Source of the DNA: Monocercomonoides exilis PA203
Taxonomy: Eukaryota; Protista; Preaxostyla
Assembly (NCBI GenBank): GCA_001643675.2
Contig: LSRY02000064.1
Coordinates: forward strand, 124,001 to 188,000
Reading direction: 5' to 3'
Length of the DNA: 64,000 nt
Shown: piece by piece, positions 41,162 through 55,200 of the stretch
Numbering within the stretch: position 1 is the first letter of the stretch
How the letters are laid out: each line of letters begins with the position of its first letter
Notes under the pieces: generated by a model
Told to the model about the DNA's origin: nothing
The model's database searches: none
Seen by the model: only the letters and a program-made list of their open reading frames with translations
Position numbers and translations under genes: made by a program

Positions 41162-41249
41162 CTTTTGAAAAAATAATAAAGAAAAGTGAAAAAGATGCAA
41201 TGAATTGTTCTCAAAAATAAGTTATGGATTTCCATCGATCAAAACAAAA
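41162..41249. promoter_or_regulatory. Probable bidirectional promoter (88 bp between divergent start codons)
   Basis: ATG 41161 on the - strand and ATG 41250 on the + strand. Confidence 0.5.
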
Positions 41250-42749
41250 ATGATTTGTCTTGCTTTGCTGCTCATTTCAGAAGCATTTAGCGGGCTCATA
41301 AGTGTGCTAATTGTTAAGTTGATTTGTTTTTATATGAGAAGATGATTCAGAATTAAATGGAAGTTTTTACAATGAAAATCCATTGATTTTTAATCGCAAA
41401 CGATTAAACGAAGAATTTCCAAAAACTTTTGATTTAAAAGAAGTATGCGCTCGATTTATACAATGAAAAATTTAAATTAACACTTGATTAAAGGAGCTTC
41501 CTTCTTGCAAATCTCTTCATACTATTCGTTCATTTGGAGCTTGCCCTGCAAGCTGGCTTTTTGCTGCAAATGATGCTTATGCAGATTCTTTATGCTACAA
41601 AAAGAACATATCTGTTCTCCCTTCTGTTCAATTGCAAGTACTCAATTCTTTTTCCCCCATCTTTATGAATTATCAACAAATTTTTAGCTAAATTGCGACA
41701 ATGATTGTGCTCCTCATCCATATGAAAAAATATGCGAAGGTTTAATATTCATTACAACTTCTTTTTTTAATGATTTTATTCTATTTTAGATGGTTGTTTG
41801 GCTGGATCTCTTTTCACTGCTGTAACGTGTATGTTTTTTATTTCCATATGATAATTAGCCCTTTTTTATGTTTTCATGATCTGCTTTTATAATTTTCATA
41901 CGTTAAAATTATTGAATACATCTTTTTATAGGGCTTGGAAAGAGAGGAATTGTCTCTGAAGAATGCCTTCCTTTTGAATACAAAAAAATGGAATGCACTT
42001 ATAAATGCAAAGATGAAAATGTGCCTTTTAAATCATACACGTGTGCAACACGCTTTCTTTTAATTTATTGATATTTGTTTGGTTCAATTTAATCATTTTC
42101 TCCATCAATATTTATTTTTCAGACATTTGTGCCAAGCTTCTGTCAAAAAGCCAACTGTCGATAAAATGAAGCAAGCTTTGAAACAATATGGCTCATTAGT
42201 AGGTTTGTTTGTTATTCATACGAAAGTTAAATCATTATTACATGCGTGCTCCATTTATTCACTACTCTTCGCTTGCAGTTGGAATGAACATCCTGCCATC
42301 GTTTTGGACATACAAATCTGGAATAATTACAACAGGTGGAAAAGTTATTGATCCTTATATAGCATTACGCATTGTCGGATGGGGGGAGAATGAAAGTGGT
42401 GAAAAATATTGGATTGTTCAAAATAAGTATGATAAAGCGATTTTTTGATGATCAGTTTATTTGAATTGAGGAGCGATATCAGTTTTTTGTTTGTATTTAT
42501 TTGAAGATTGCGGAAAAATGAAATAGCTTATGAATAATTCTAAATTAATTCTAAATTTTACACAAATTATTTTCATTTTTGAATTTTCATTCGCTGTTAT
42601 TTTCGTTTTTTTTGATAATATATAAATGCAGCTGGGGAGATTCTTGGGGAATGCAAGGCAGAGCATTTGTGAAGATGGGAGTTAATCTTGGCTCAATAGA
42701 GAGCGAGTTTTACTTTTTCGCGCCTTGTGAGGACTTCGAATGGAACTGA
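41250..42749 (+). CDS. Cathepsin-B-like (papain C1A) non-peptidase homologue, 9 exons / 8 introns
   Basis: Spliced: signal peptide, FPKTFDLKEELPSC..IRSFGACPASWLF, DGCLAG, GIVSEECLPF, MKQALKQYGSLV, FWTYKSGII, YIALRIVGWG, YWIVQNNWGDSWG. Introns at ~41302, 41443, 41638, 41740, 41829, 42040, 42203 and 42427. Confidence 0.85.
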
Positions 42750-43295
42750 TGGGAAAATGGAACATGTAAATTAATAAATTATTTCTTGTGTAATGAGCAT
42801 GCTTTGTTGCATGCGAATGATAACATTTTTTTTGTTAGTGCTGGTTTTATATTTTTTTTGTGTTTTACAGCAGGAATATTACATAGTAGAATAGGATAAT
42901 TTATTTGTTTATTTATTTCCGAATATATTTTGTGGAGAACGAGAAAAAATAGGTTAATATCCTTTTCTAATTTTGTTTTCGTGCAATAAATCATTGGGAG
43001 ACAATAATTTGACATTTTTGTCACCAATTAACAGAAAAACATTCACTATATCAACATTTTCTGTTATATTTCTATCAAATAATAAAAAAAAAATTTCACC
43101 TTTTACAAAAAATTTGAAAAAATAAAAAAATACAAACATTCAAACAAAAAGATTGAATGATTAGCAAAAACAAAAATACTTGGTTTCAAAGAAAAGGTAA
43201 AAAAATTTCAAACTACGCTAATAAAATTAATAGAAAAAAATATTATATTGTAAAATTTATTTTCGTAATACAATATCATATCCACCGTTGCACAT

Positions 43296-45044
43296 TCAAG
43301 AAGTTGTTGCAGCACACGGAGTCATTGTGATTGAGTATCTTGGAGATGGAGTTGAGCAGCAGGGGGAAAATGAAGAAGGAGAAATTTCCAAAGAAGAAAT
43401 TGTATCATCGTTTGCTTCAGAAGAATCGAAACTGTCTGAATTTGGAGAAATCATTTCATTCTTTTCCTCAATTTCATCATTTTGCATTGCATCATTAACA
43501 GGCAGAGAAATCGATGAAATCAATTCAATTATCTTTTCTGCACTTAAGCTGAGAACGTTTTGATTATTTTCCAGAAGTCTCATCACTTCCTCCGATGGAA
43601 GCACAGCCGAAGAATAAAAATGAGCTACGTTGTAATCAAACGAATCAAATGGGCACGGCAGAATAAAGTAAAACAGTGAGGATAAAGATAAGTTTGAAGT
43701 TAAATCTGATTTGACTTTAGAAATCTTTGAATCAAGCTCCATTACTGTTGTAGAATCATTATCCAAGGAAAAATGATTTTCTGTATTCAAACATTCCGTG
43801 TTAGCAATTGAAATTCCTCCCTTTGACGCTTCCTGTTTAGTATTCTCCAAAAACTCCATCTCCTTTGAACGTATCCTACGCTTAATTTCAAAAAATTGTT
43901 GCAACTGAACTTCGCAAATCTCTTGTTGCGTTCTTGGTTCCAATTTTTTCCATTCACCTTTTCTTGTTTCCCTCAGTAGTTCATAGCTCTTTCTGTCTTT
44001 ATAAGTGAATTGAGTCTGGGGATAGTAAGCAGAAGGCATAAAGTCAACTTCTTCAATAATGGAATCTCCCTTACAAATGCAATCTCTTTCAGTTTTAGCT
44101 CTTTTGTTGTAAAACTCTTCTTTTTTTTCTTTGAGGAAATGAACCATTTCTAATGAATGAGACATTGCATTTTTCACGTTTTGAGCAAAGAGACGAGGAT
44201 GCAGCTGTTCAAATGACGATGGATGATATACAGGAAGAATAATCACTTCCAAGCGATTTGTAAAATTACACATCACAGACAAATAATGGAATGGCCAGCT
44301 TCGAACAGACCATTGAGTTGGATTTATTTTGTCTTTGTACCGAAGCACAATTGGTTGTATTGGAGATCCTGGCACAAAGGCTCCACTGTGAAAATAATTC
44401 AAGCATTGGCCATTGCTTGTTGCACCTTCAGGGAAAATCATGCACGGGGGATATTTGCCATCGTTTGATTCAAGCCGTTGTTGAAGTTTGGACAAAAATG
44501 ATGAGCTATTTCCTGACGATTTTCTGTCAATCGCAATGCAATTAAACACTCTCGATAACGGCCCAAGGAAACAATTCTTTCCTACAAACTCTGCTATGGC
44601 AAATGACGGGCATAATTTCCATATTAAATAAAACATATCGAAGCAGCTGCTGTGATTTGCTATTACCAATTTTGTGTCTTTTTGAATCTTTCCGTGCTCT
44701 GAAATCCAGAAAAATCCATATAAATACAATATAAACCTTGCCCATGTCACTGCTACAATTTTACGAATTATTCGAATTATTTTTGGTTGTGGTTGGTCAG
44801 CAGGTCCAATGAAGAAAAAAAATATAGCATACAACAACATGATTATTAAAACGGAAATAACAGTCAGGATCAACCGAAAGGGAAATAAAAATACAAGTCC
44901 TATTATAAACTTTATCCATCCACAAAAAGAAAACTCATGAACTTCGAAAGAGTCAACAGTTTCTTGAAGATAAGGGAAAATTTTCTCTTGATAATCTTCG
45001 AAATTTTTGCATAATTTAGCTGAATTAAGTTCATCATTGCTCAT
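43296..45044 (-). CDS. Lysophospholipid acyltransferase (LPCAT/AYTL-type, PlsC domain)
   Basis: N-terminal TM; NHSSCFD (HX4D); IFPEGATSNG; FHSGAF.PG.PIQPI..RY; LPVYHPS...P.LFA.NV. Confidence 0.9.
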   Translation of the reverse strand: MSNDELNSAKLCKNFEDYQEKIFPYLQETVDSFEVHEFSFCGWIKFIIGLVFLFPFRLILTVISVLIIMLLYAIFFFFIGPADQPQPKIIRIIRKIVAVTWARFILYLYGFFWISEHGKIQKDTKLVIANHSSCFDMFYLIWKLCPSFAIAEFVGKNCFLGPLSRVFNCIAIDRKSSGNSSSFLSKLQQRLESNDGKYPPCMIFPEGATSNGQCLNYFHSGAFVPGSPIQPIVLRYKDKINPTQWSVRSWPFHYLSVMCNFTNRLEVIILPVYHPSSFEQLHPRLFAQNVKNAMSHSLEMVHFLKEKKEEFYNKRAKTERDCICKGDSIIEEVDFMPSAYYPQTQFTYKDRKSYELLRETRKGEWKKLEPRTQQEICEVQLQQFFEIKRRIRSKEMEFLENTKQEASKGGISIANTECLNTENHFSLDNDSTTVMELDSKISKVKSDLTSNLSLSSLFYFILPCPFDSFDYNVAHFYSSAVLPSEEVMRLLENNQNVLSLSAEKIIELISSISLPVNDAMQNDEIEEKNEMISPNSDSFDSSEANDDTISSLEISPSSFSPCCSTPSPRYSITMTPCAATTS

Positions 45045-46226
45045 AGAAAGAAAAAATTTGTTTCAATTCATAGAAAACGAACATTCTTTGATCAAGTTAT
45101 CCAATGAAATTTTAAATGGCTCATTTGATCAATAAATAAGAATGAAAAATTTCATTATAACATCAAATATTGCAGAATAGATTAGCGCGACACGTTATGC
45201 GATTTTTTATTTGTCAATCACTTTTGAAATTAATAAATAAATAAATATTACAAAACAAAATATTATTAAAAAAGTATTAAAATGAAAAAAATTTTGGAAC
45301 TCACAAAAAATCAAAATCGGTATTCTATAATCGATGAACTGTAAGTGACTGGCAGTCATTTGCAGCGATTAATAAAAAAGAAATTCCAAGTTTCTCACAT
45401 TTCAAATTGAAATTTGATGAAACGTTTCGAAAATATTTCAGTTTAATCATTAGCTTTTATTCATGATTCTGAAAAAAAGTGCTTTAGAAATACTGTTTTG
45501 AATGACAAAAAATAAAATTTTGTCTTATTTTTTCCGACTTTGATGAAACTTTTTCGATTTTGAATAATATTTGTGAATTCATTAGGAAAAGAGCACATGT
45601 TCCAAGCCATGATCAATTTTCAAAGCTTATGTTCATTTTCAGAAACTGAAATAAAACGAAAACGGTTTGGCGGCAGATGAACAAACAACAAAACCATCAT
45701 TCCACCAAATAAGATTCAGCCGTTTTCACATTAAAAATAAGTATATCTGATTTTATAAACACAAAAACATCAAAAATAATTGAGAGTCTATCTTTTGTGA
45801 AAAGCATCATTTCATTCTCAACAAGCCTTCATTTCACCATTATTGAGAGAAATTCCATTTTTTCTTTGTCACCTTCTGCTTAACTTTTTCTTCAGCTGCC
45901 AATCACCTTTTTAATTCAGGCACACATTTTTTCTCAACAACCACCAGTTTTCACACAGACATTTCCATTTTCGAGCAACAAAAGACGAGCCTGCCACTTG
46001 TTCAGCGACTTTTCAAAGGATTTTATTTCGTTTTGCAACAAATATATTCGTAAGAACAGGCTACCAAGAAATGAATGCAATGCTTTCGTAATCTCGCTGA
46101 TTTCATCTTTTAATTCCTTTTTTTCTGTGTTCTCTTCTTTTGTTGTTCGAGAGTTGTTCATTTTTCTTTGTTCAAATTCATTCTCATTTTTTGTTTGGTC
46201 AATCTCCTTTTTCTTCACCCATTCTT

Positions 46227-49200
46227 TCAACGGAATGACAAATCTGTGCTGCTGATGCTGCTTCTCCCTCCACTTTCTCCATCGTTGCTGTCTTCGTCGT
46301 AGCTTATCGCATCCGACATCGTCATCATCAAGCAACCATTCGGCATGCACCCAAGGAACTCTCTCTTCACACATGTCAGACTCATCCTATTCTCGCGATC
46401 TGCAGACCAGCACAAATCCACCAAACGTGCCAGTTCCGATTCCTCAATTTTCGTCAATTCCGGTCGCTCCCTTTGGCATATCTTCTGCCCAGCCACCTCT
46501 GCCTCATACTCTCCAAACGGAACGTCCAGTGTCAGACACTCCCACAGCATCATCCCAATCGAAAACACAACCGTCTTCTTCGTCGCATGCTTCTTTTCTC
46601 CATTCAGCAATTCAGGTGCCTTCCACCTCAGACACTCTTTTTTGAAATCATCCTCATCCTCAAAAGCTGATGAGGGTAGAGAATATCTTTCATCACCATC
46701 ATCACTGGTTGATGTCACAACTGTTGATGAAGATATCGAGGATGAGTCTGAATCTGAAGAAGAACAATCAGAATGCATTGCAACACAAATGACCATGTGT
46801 TCAGAGAACAGCACAATGAGCGGACTCAAATTGGCCAATGACTGAAGCTGGTTTTCCATTTCATCAAATGAATGGAGTGCTCCATTCGCCACCCAGAACA
46901 ACACTTGAGCGGCTGTCATCTCCCTCTCCTTTAATGTGCCAATTGCCATCTCCTTTGTCATATTCAGCCCATGCAACAACATGAACAGCGAATCCCTCAA
47001 ATCCACAATCAGCTTCTCATGAGGTGATGAACAGGCCATTGCATCCACCAGGTTTGACATCGACGAGGTGGTTGGGCACAGATCCTCCCCTCGAACAAAT
47101 GTTGAATCTGAGTCAGTTGAACATGTTGATGAAATGGAAGGTGATGGAGTTCTCTTTCTTGTCTCTTCTTCTTCTTTCTCATCCACCTTCTCCAGCATCC
47201 ATTGAGGGATCTTGTCTGAATCTCTTCCCAAGATGTATTCAGTTGATCCACTCTCAGATAGAAGATGTTCTGATGACTCTGAATGTTCCAGTGTCTTGTC
47301 ATACACCCTCTTCTTGATCCTTTCCTCATTCTTCTTCTCTGTCTCCCTCTCTTCCCTTCCCCATTGCTCCTCCGGTGACATCTCCATTGTTACCATTTCG
47401 AATGCTTTTGGATCCTTCTTCACCGTGTCTTCGACAATCACTTCCAATTCTTCTGTTCTTCTCTTTTGCTTCCTCCATCGAATAATAAATGCAACTGCAA
47501 CGATAAGAACTATCAGCAAAATCACAACAAGCACAATTACGATTATTGGCCATATTGATCTTTCCTTTTTTCCTCCTTCAACAATTCTTTCATCTTCAGT
47601 TGCCTTGGGATCGCTTCTGTTCTTCAGAATGAAAGAATCAGTGGCAGATGGAGTATCAAGATTGCCAAACAATACACACACCACCACTTCTGCTTCTGCT
47701 GGTGCAGAGCTTATCAAAGACGAGCTTATCTTTCCATGAACTTCCTCTTCAGAAACAAAATCTTCCTCTGCAAAGCTATAAGTCTCAATTGAGCTGACAT
47801 TGTTCATTTCTGACACAACTCGGAATGCCAGATCACATGGAAGCAACAGCGCCCCAGCAAACCTGATCTCAATCTCCTCCCCCTGAACTTCCATCACAGC
47901 GGATTCCAGCCGAGGAATGAAAAACTCCGAAGCCCTCTCCAGCACAATCCCTTCCAGTGTGCACCCTTCATTCACAATCCACAGCGAAGTGTTTGGCATC
48001 AGCCCATCTCCTCCTCTCACACTCAAGATCCTCACCAGCCCTGATCCTGCACATCGTATGTTCCGCCTCACCGATGGATAGCCTTCCACCTTCGGGTCGT
48101 TGCTTGAAAACTCCCCTTTCTCAATCGTCACACTCCCTCCCACAACCCCCATTCCTCCCTCTGGTGCGTCTGCTATCACTGTGCCTCGGCACTCCACCAC
48201 ACTCTCCTTGCACTCCACCAGCGATCCATTCCACTTGCACATGCTTTCTTCCTCGTTGTTTTCCACCCCCAACTGAGCACAGTCCCCATTGCACCCCCTC
48301 ATTACACACGATTCCACCAAAACTCTGCTGCAATCCCTGAACGAAAACAGTCTGTCTGAGCTCAACAGCTGATCAATCTCAAACGTGCAGTTTTCAAAAA
48401 TCAATGGAAAATCTGTGCTCGCAAACGATATCAACCCTTGTGGTGAGCTCGCTGTCACATTGAACACCTTCACCCTCTCAAATGTCACATCTCCACTCGC
48501 TTCCTCCATCACAACTCCTCTGCACTTCACCTCGCTGATCGAGCTCGATGAAATAGTCGCCACATTCGCTCCGATCTCAATGATATTCCATCCAAAACTG
48601 ATTTTCGTGATGCTGCACCTTTCCACTGAAACGTTCCCTCCAACAAGAACAAACAGAGATCCAAGCTCGATTTCCTCCCCATCTTCTCCTTCCCCAGAAC
48701 CACAAAACAAACAGCTCTGCATTTTCACTGTTCCATTCACAACCCTCAGGAATGCCTGCTGACTCCCCTCCTGCCATCCCTCGAACACAAAGTCCAGATT
48801 GCTGACCGACACCTGCATGCATGTGGAAACAATCTGATCCGAAAACACACCTGCAGCAGCCAGAACACGCACAACCGAGCTCTCCATCCATCGCGATGAC
48901 AGGCTCATCTGCTGCATCTCAACCTCGCTGTTGATCGCTGTCTCCCCATCAACAAACATCTGGCTCACAAAACGGTTCGTCAGATGCCCCAACCCATACT
49001 CAACCGTCTTGCACGGCTGCTCCGGCGCTCCACACTGTCTCTCGTTCCTCCCTCCCCTGCCCTCCAGCGAGGACACAACAATCGTGTCTGACTGATACAC
49101 GCTGATGAAGTCCATCAGGTTCGTGAATGCTTTGTGCTCTGTCACATCAACCCCAAACATGCTCTTCTCCCTGCTCGTCACACGCTCCAGATCAAACACA

Positions 49201-52200
49201 AACTGACTCTCGTTGATCTGCGATTGAATGCTGAAGCAGCTCACAAACACATCGCACCCGACCGCTGCTTCATTCCCCATGAAGCTCATGTTCCCAAACA
49301 AAAACTGCAGATCCCCTGTCTCCTTGCTCGCCAAATACACCCCTCCGCCCTTCCCTTCCTCCAAGCTGCTGCAGCACCGCATCATCTCGCTGTTCAGGAT
49401 CTGCATCTGCGACCCTGCTCCCATCATTATTCGCATCGCACCTCCCCTGCCAGACGCACTAGCCCGACACTCTGTGAACGTCGAGCTGTTCACACAAACA
49501 CAAACAGAAAGGTCAGCACTTGTGCTGATGACACTCGAGCAATCGTCTGACTTGTGAACAGACAGGAACTGGCTCTTTTCCACCAGCACACTTCCTTCCT
49601 TTTTGCTCATCCCGTTGCTTCTACAGGAAGTCTGAATTTCACTTTCACTGACACTGATCAACGAGTCGATGGATTCATCGATCAGCGACACTCTCAGCTC
49701 TGAAAACACACACTGCGAAATATCATCAACCACAAACACACTCGCCCCAAGGCTTGACGAGGCAATGTTCAGTTTGTGCACAAACAGCGAGCCATTCACA
49801 GATCGAACAAACGAACATCCAGCAGCACTTTCATTTTCTTCGCTCCCTTTCCATTCACAGTTCTCGAGCGAAGCATTCCCTTTTTCTATCTCCATAACCA
49901 CACTGGCCGTGCCATCAATCAGAGCGGTTGCCCTGAAGCATATGTTTGTGCAGTTCAGCTCATCACAAGCACACAGAAAAGAATCTCTTGTTGCTCCACT
50001 CTTCCTCCCAAAAACAAGTTCACTTCTCACTCCCTCAGCTTCATCATCCCCAGAACAGATCGAAAAGTGCGACAGCACATACTCATCGCTCACATGCGCA
50101 CTCTGCCCCACAACCAATGTATGCTGCTCGCCTGACCCAGGAATGTGATTCATCCCTTCCCAAAACGTTCTGCACGGCTCCACTGCTCTTCCACACCTCT
50201 TCACATCATAGCCATCAGCACTCACATGAACCACATCGCTTTTGAAATCCTCCAAAAAGCACAGAAGATCAACCCCTGTGAACACCTTGTCCCTTCCCAC
50301 AAACAAGTTTCCATCATCCTCCTCTTCCTCATCTGCTTCACCAAAAACCTCACAGTCAAATGTCGACTCCTTCACTGAGCTGTTCAAGTCGCCCCCCACC
50401 AAAAACATATTTCTTCCTGTGCGAGCATTGTTCCTCCCAAATTTCAGCGAAATAAACCGAAATGGCTCACTCGCCTCATCACTCGAGCAGTCGATGAACG
50501 CAAACCCACCAAAACCCTCGCTCAACGAACATTCACACCCAACAATGCTCGACGAGTTCACAATCACAAACCCTTCTTCGCTCTTTCTCTCAACAAATAC
50601 CGCTCCTCCCTTCTTGCTCGTTCCTGCTTTCACATTCGTGATGTAGCACGACTGCATCGACACAGAAGAGTGCAGCTGCAGCGCTGCACACAAAACACTC
50701 ATCGTGCTCATGCTGCACTCGCTCAGATGCACTTCTTTCCCCACAGACTTCACCAAACACGAATCTACTGATTCAGCTTCACAAAACACACACTTCTCAT
50801 ATCGCACACAACCAGACTGTAAATACATCAGCGCCTCCTGCTCCACGCTCAACAATGCAGAAACCTCAAAACCAATCAACGAAAACGTGATGTTGCCATC
50901 CATATCCAGCACTCCCTTTGCACTCATTCCATCTGCCTTCCCATTCGGTACAAACACCATCTTCACTCCCTTCTCATTCTCTCCTCCGCCTTTTTCTCCA
51001 CTTCCAATCCACATCTCATTTCTCAACGAGAAGCACTCCCCAACCTCCACCTTGTCAGCAATCACCAGCCTTCGCGAGGGAGACTCGTCCAGATGTTGCA
51101 ACCCCATCCCCAACGTGCCACACGGATGCATGCTCGTCCCACACCCGACAACATCCACCCCCTGTGCTCCCACAACCACACTTGCCGAGCAGTACTCCAC
51201 AAGAAACAGCAAAAATTCCACACTCTCTCCAAAATTCTTCCTGTCTCTCCCTTCCATCTCAACCACCACCTCACCATTCTCGTCAAACACACTCACATTG
51301 AAATTGGATGCACTCACACTCTCGTTCAGATCGAAACACACAAAATAGATGTCTCTCCCCTCAAACGCCTCATTCTCTCCAAACACCACCTCCGAAAACA
51401 ACACTCCTCCTTCCCTCTCTCCTTCCACCTCCACATAGATTCCCCCACCAAGCCTGCTTGCTGCATCCACTTTGCACCCTTCAATTGTTGCATTCGCAAC
51501 TGTCACCATCCCTGCCTCCCCCATTTTTCCATGGACTGCCCCGCCATTCCCTTCCCTCAAAACACATGACCCAACTTTCGTTCCATTCCCAATCACAATC
51601 GACCCTCCTCCCTCCACATGAACGCTTCCTTCCCCACAGCACTCAACCCCACACACTTCACACCCTTCAAACCTGCAACTCGCTCCAACACCATCCACCA
51701 CCACAATGCTCCCTCCTGCTGATACTCCCTCAATCCTCACCTTCCTCAACACTGCTTCTCCCTCCACCATCTCCACAATCCCTCCTCCTCCCACAAAACA
51801 TATCTCCTCAAACTGGCTCTCCTCAATCCTCACCCTGCTCCCCAGTCCCTTCACAACCCATTTCCCGCACCCAACACCATTCTTTTTTCCGCTCACAAAT
51901 CGGCATCTCACAGCATTGCACTGCCCAATTGCTCCACTCACCACACAATCCTCCTCGCTGCTTCCCTCGTTGTTCATCGGCAAAACAACACACAGCGAAG
52001 ACAGTGTCAGCTGCGTTAGCATCGTCCCTTCTTTCATCACAAACTTCGCATCTCTCCCAACAACCAATCGCTGCTCTTCTTCGTTCCCTTCAACAGTCAA
52101 CGACTCTCCTCCCCGCTCAATCACTCCTTCAACCGCTGTCTCTCCAAGCAGTCTGATGCTCGTTTGCCTTTCTCCCATCCTCGCCAGCCCGTTGTCAACT

Positions 52201-55200
52201 GTTGCACACGGAAGCTCCCGATACCCACACGACTCCACGGCACTCCCGCCCCCTTTCACAAACACAAACGCGGTCTGGCTCGGGAACAGATACTCCATCA
52301 TCGTGTGCCCCTCGCTCTCCCCAAACTCCAGCTCCCGCACCCACAGCTGCTCTTCCTCTGTTTTGGTCGTGGCCGACCCGTTCCACAGGATAGGCACAAT
52401 CACCAGCCGCGGCTGAGGACACACCATATACACATCCTTTCCTCGAAACGCTCCGTTCTCCTCAAACACATCCTCCTTCATCGAATACTCCACATCAACA
52501 TCCCCCAGCGTCAGATGCACCCCACCCCCAAGTCCACTCCCCGAAGGAACTGTGCTCCGGTTCACCACATTCCGCTCAAACACAAACCTCCCCCTCGCAC
52601 AAACCCTCACAATCACACTTCCTCCCTTCGAGCTGCTTGCATCACACCCGTTGTATTCAAATGTGCAGTTCTCCACCTTCGCTTCTTCGCCTTCTCCAAC
52701 CACCCCATCCACAACCCCTCCATCACCAGCTTTCCGCTTCATCCTCCCAAATGTGCTGTTGCGCATCCGAATGCTCGCGCCTTCTTCAAAGCCAACCCCA
52801 TTCCCTTCCCCTTCTGCACAATCACCCACCACACAGCTCTCCAGCTCCACATCCCCCCCTTTCCTCACCTTCACCAGACTTCCTGCATCTTCTCTCCTGA
52901 CTCCCTCCATCTCAACCCCTTTCATCACACCTTCACACACCCCCTCCCCAAACTCAACAACCCCTGCCCCCACAAACACACACTCCCGAATCAAACACCC
53001 AAACATCTCCACTCGTCCTCCTTTCACAAACACAACCGAATACTCCACACTCTCGCTTTCACTCCCAAAACTGCATTCTTCCACCTTCAGAACACTGTTG
53101 CTGCACATGAACAGGCTGGTTGTCACTGACCCAATCAGCGTTGAAGGCAGCCCAAACGCCAAGTCCTCAAACGAGATCTCTGTTCTTGTTTCCACAAGTC
53201 CTTGCTGTGTGTTGCTCGCATCGCCCTTCACTTCGATCCCTGCTTCAGGCACCTCTCCACTGATGCACAGTGACTCCTTGCTCAGCTGCATCCCCTCCTC
53301 AAGCACATACACAGGCTCCAGCTTCAGTGTCCCAGTCCTCTCGCTGCCGCCAAACAACAACAATCCAGCATACGGAATCGTCGAACAGCGGAAATCAGAA
53401 TACCCACATATCGTGTAATCCAGCCCTCCCATGCCCACATGCCCCACACTCGGCACACTCCGGAAGAATATCGCAAGCGGAATGCACACAGATGCCCCTG
53501 CCAAATCACCCCCTTCAACATCCCCCACATCCCCCTTTCCTTCCTCTTTCTCAAACTCAAATCCAATTGTCTCCTCCTTCACAATCGATTTCAGCCTCTT
53601 CCCTTCCACAAACACCCAATTCCCTCCAGCATCCGCCCTGCAGCTGGAGAAGCCCACATTCTTCATCCCAAACATCCCATCATCCTCAATCAGCCGAAGA
53701 CACACCCCTCCTCCATATCCTCCCTCCACGCTCTCCTTCAACGCTTCACAGTTCTCAAACAGCGTGGGCACAGCTCCAGTCCCATTTCCTATCTCCAGCT
53801 TCCCTCCCCTCTCCACACACACATGTATCCCTCCTCCACTGCCTCCAACACTCTTGCCTCTCTTCAATCCCCCTCCTTCCACTTTCATCGCTCCTCCTGA
53901 ATTGATCCTGCACAACATCGCAGATCCATTCCCATCTCTGCACCTGCTCCCTTCAAACTCGCTCCCTTCAATCACAACCTCCTTCATCCCTGAACAATAC
54001 AGCACATTGAAGCTCTCTTCCCCCTCAGAAGAACACCTGAACGACGAATCCTTCACAAGCAGCGATGCTTGCTCCGACTGGACACAAACAACCCCTTTCA
54101 CAGACGCTGTCCGCACATCGGCCACAATGCACGATTCCATCCGCACCACACAATCTCCACATGCTTCCACAAAATGCCCATCCCCAAAATGCACACCGCT
54201 CATATGCACTGTCTTCAGCACCACAATTCCTGAAACACACCTCACAATGGTGAACGAATGAACCGATTCAGCAGACTCTGAGACAAAATCGCATTGCTCA
54301 ATTCCCATCTCCCCCAACCCTTCCTGCGAAATCAGAAAGGCATGCCTCCCCAAAGATCCTGGGAGTGCAAAACACATCAGCTTCATCACTGCCGCAAATG
54401 CGCTGCTCCCCTTCATCCTGATCACTCCCCCTTCCCCATCCTCTCCTCCATTCACATGCACTCCGCTTTTCTCAGAAGCCCCGCTCATCACATATCCCTG
54501 CCCATCCGACAGTTCAACCCTCTCGTTCAGCTCGAATCCCTCGCTGATCAGAATGCTCTTTTTCTTGCCCTGCTGCCTCCAGAACGAATGCTTCAGTGTG
54601 AGACACGGATACTCCTCAAATCCACAGCAGCTCACATCCACCCCTTCCGCCGAAGAGACAACGATCGTGCTTCCCACCGGATTTACCACATACACAAGCG
54701 GAATCGCATTTCTCTTGTCCTCCCCCTCGTATCCCATCATCGAATCTGTATCCTGCAGCGGAACTGCCAATGCAAACAGCATCGTCTCCTCACAAACACT
54801 TCGCGACAGGTTCGGAGACACCACAAACACATCCCGCCCGTATCTCGCACTGTTCGCTCCATCTGCTGGAAATGTGGGAGAAGACACCACAAACGATGCA
54901 TCAGCATCCAGCAGCTCTATCAGCATCCCCCCTCCATATCCCACAAAAGACCCACTCTGTGCACTGCACTGCCTGAATGTGCACTTCAATATCTTCGCCA
55001 TCCCTGATGCTCCTTGCACCCCCATGCTCGCACTCAGTCCTCCACCACCTTTGCCTTCTTCGCTGACTGAGCATCTCTCAAAAGTGCACCCTTCCACAAC
55101 CACCACTCCTCCTGCCCCTTCCTCATTATCATCCTCATCATCCCCATTTCTCACACTCACACCTCCTCCACTTCCACACCCTCGACTGATCCCCTCAAAT

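Noticed and set aside
45934-46226. Coiled-coil-like ORF downstream of the giant receptor gene
   Set aside because: No own start or recognisable motif. It may be UTR or a relic and cannot be supported.
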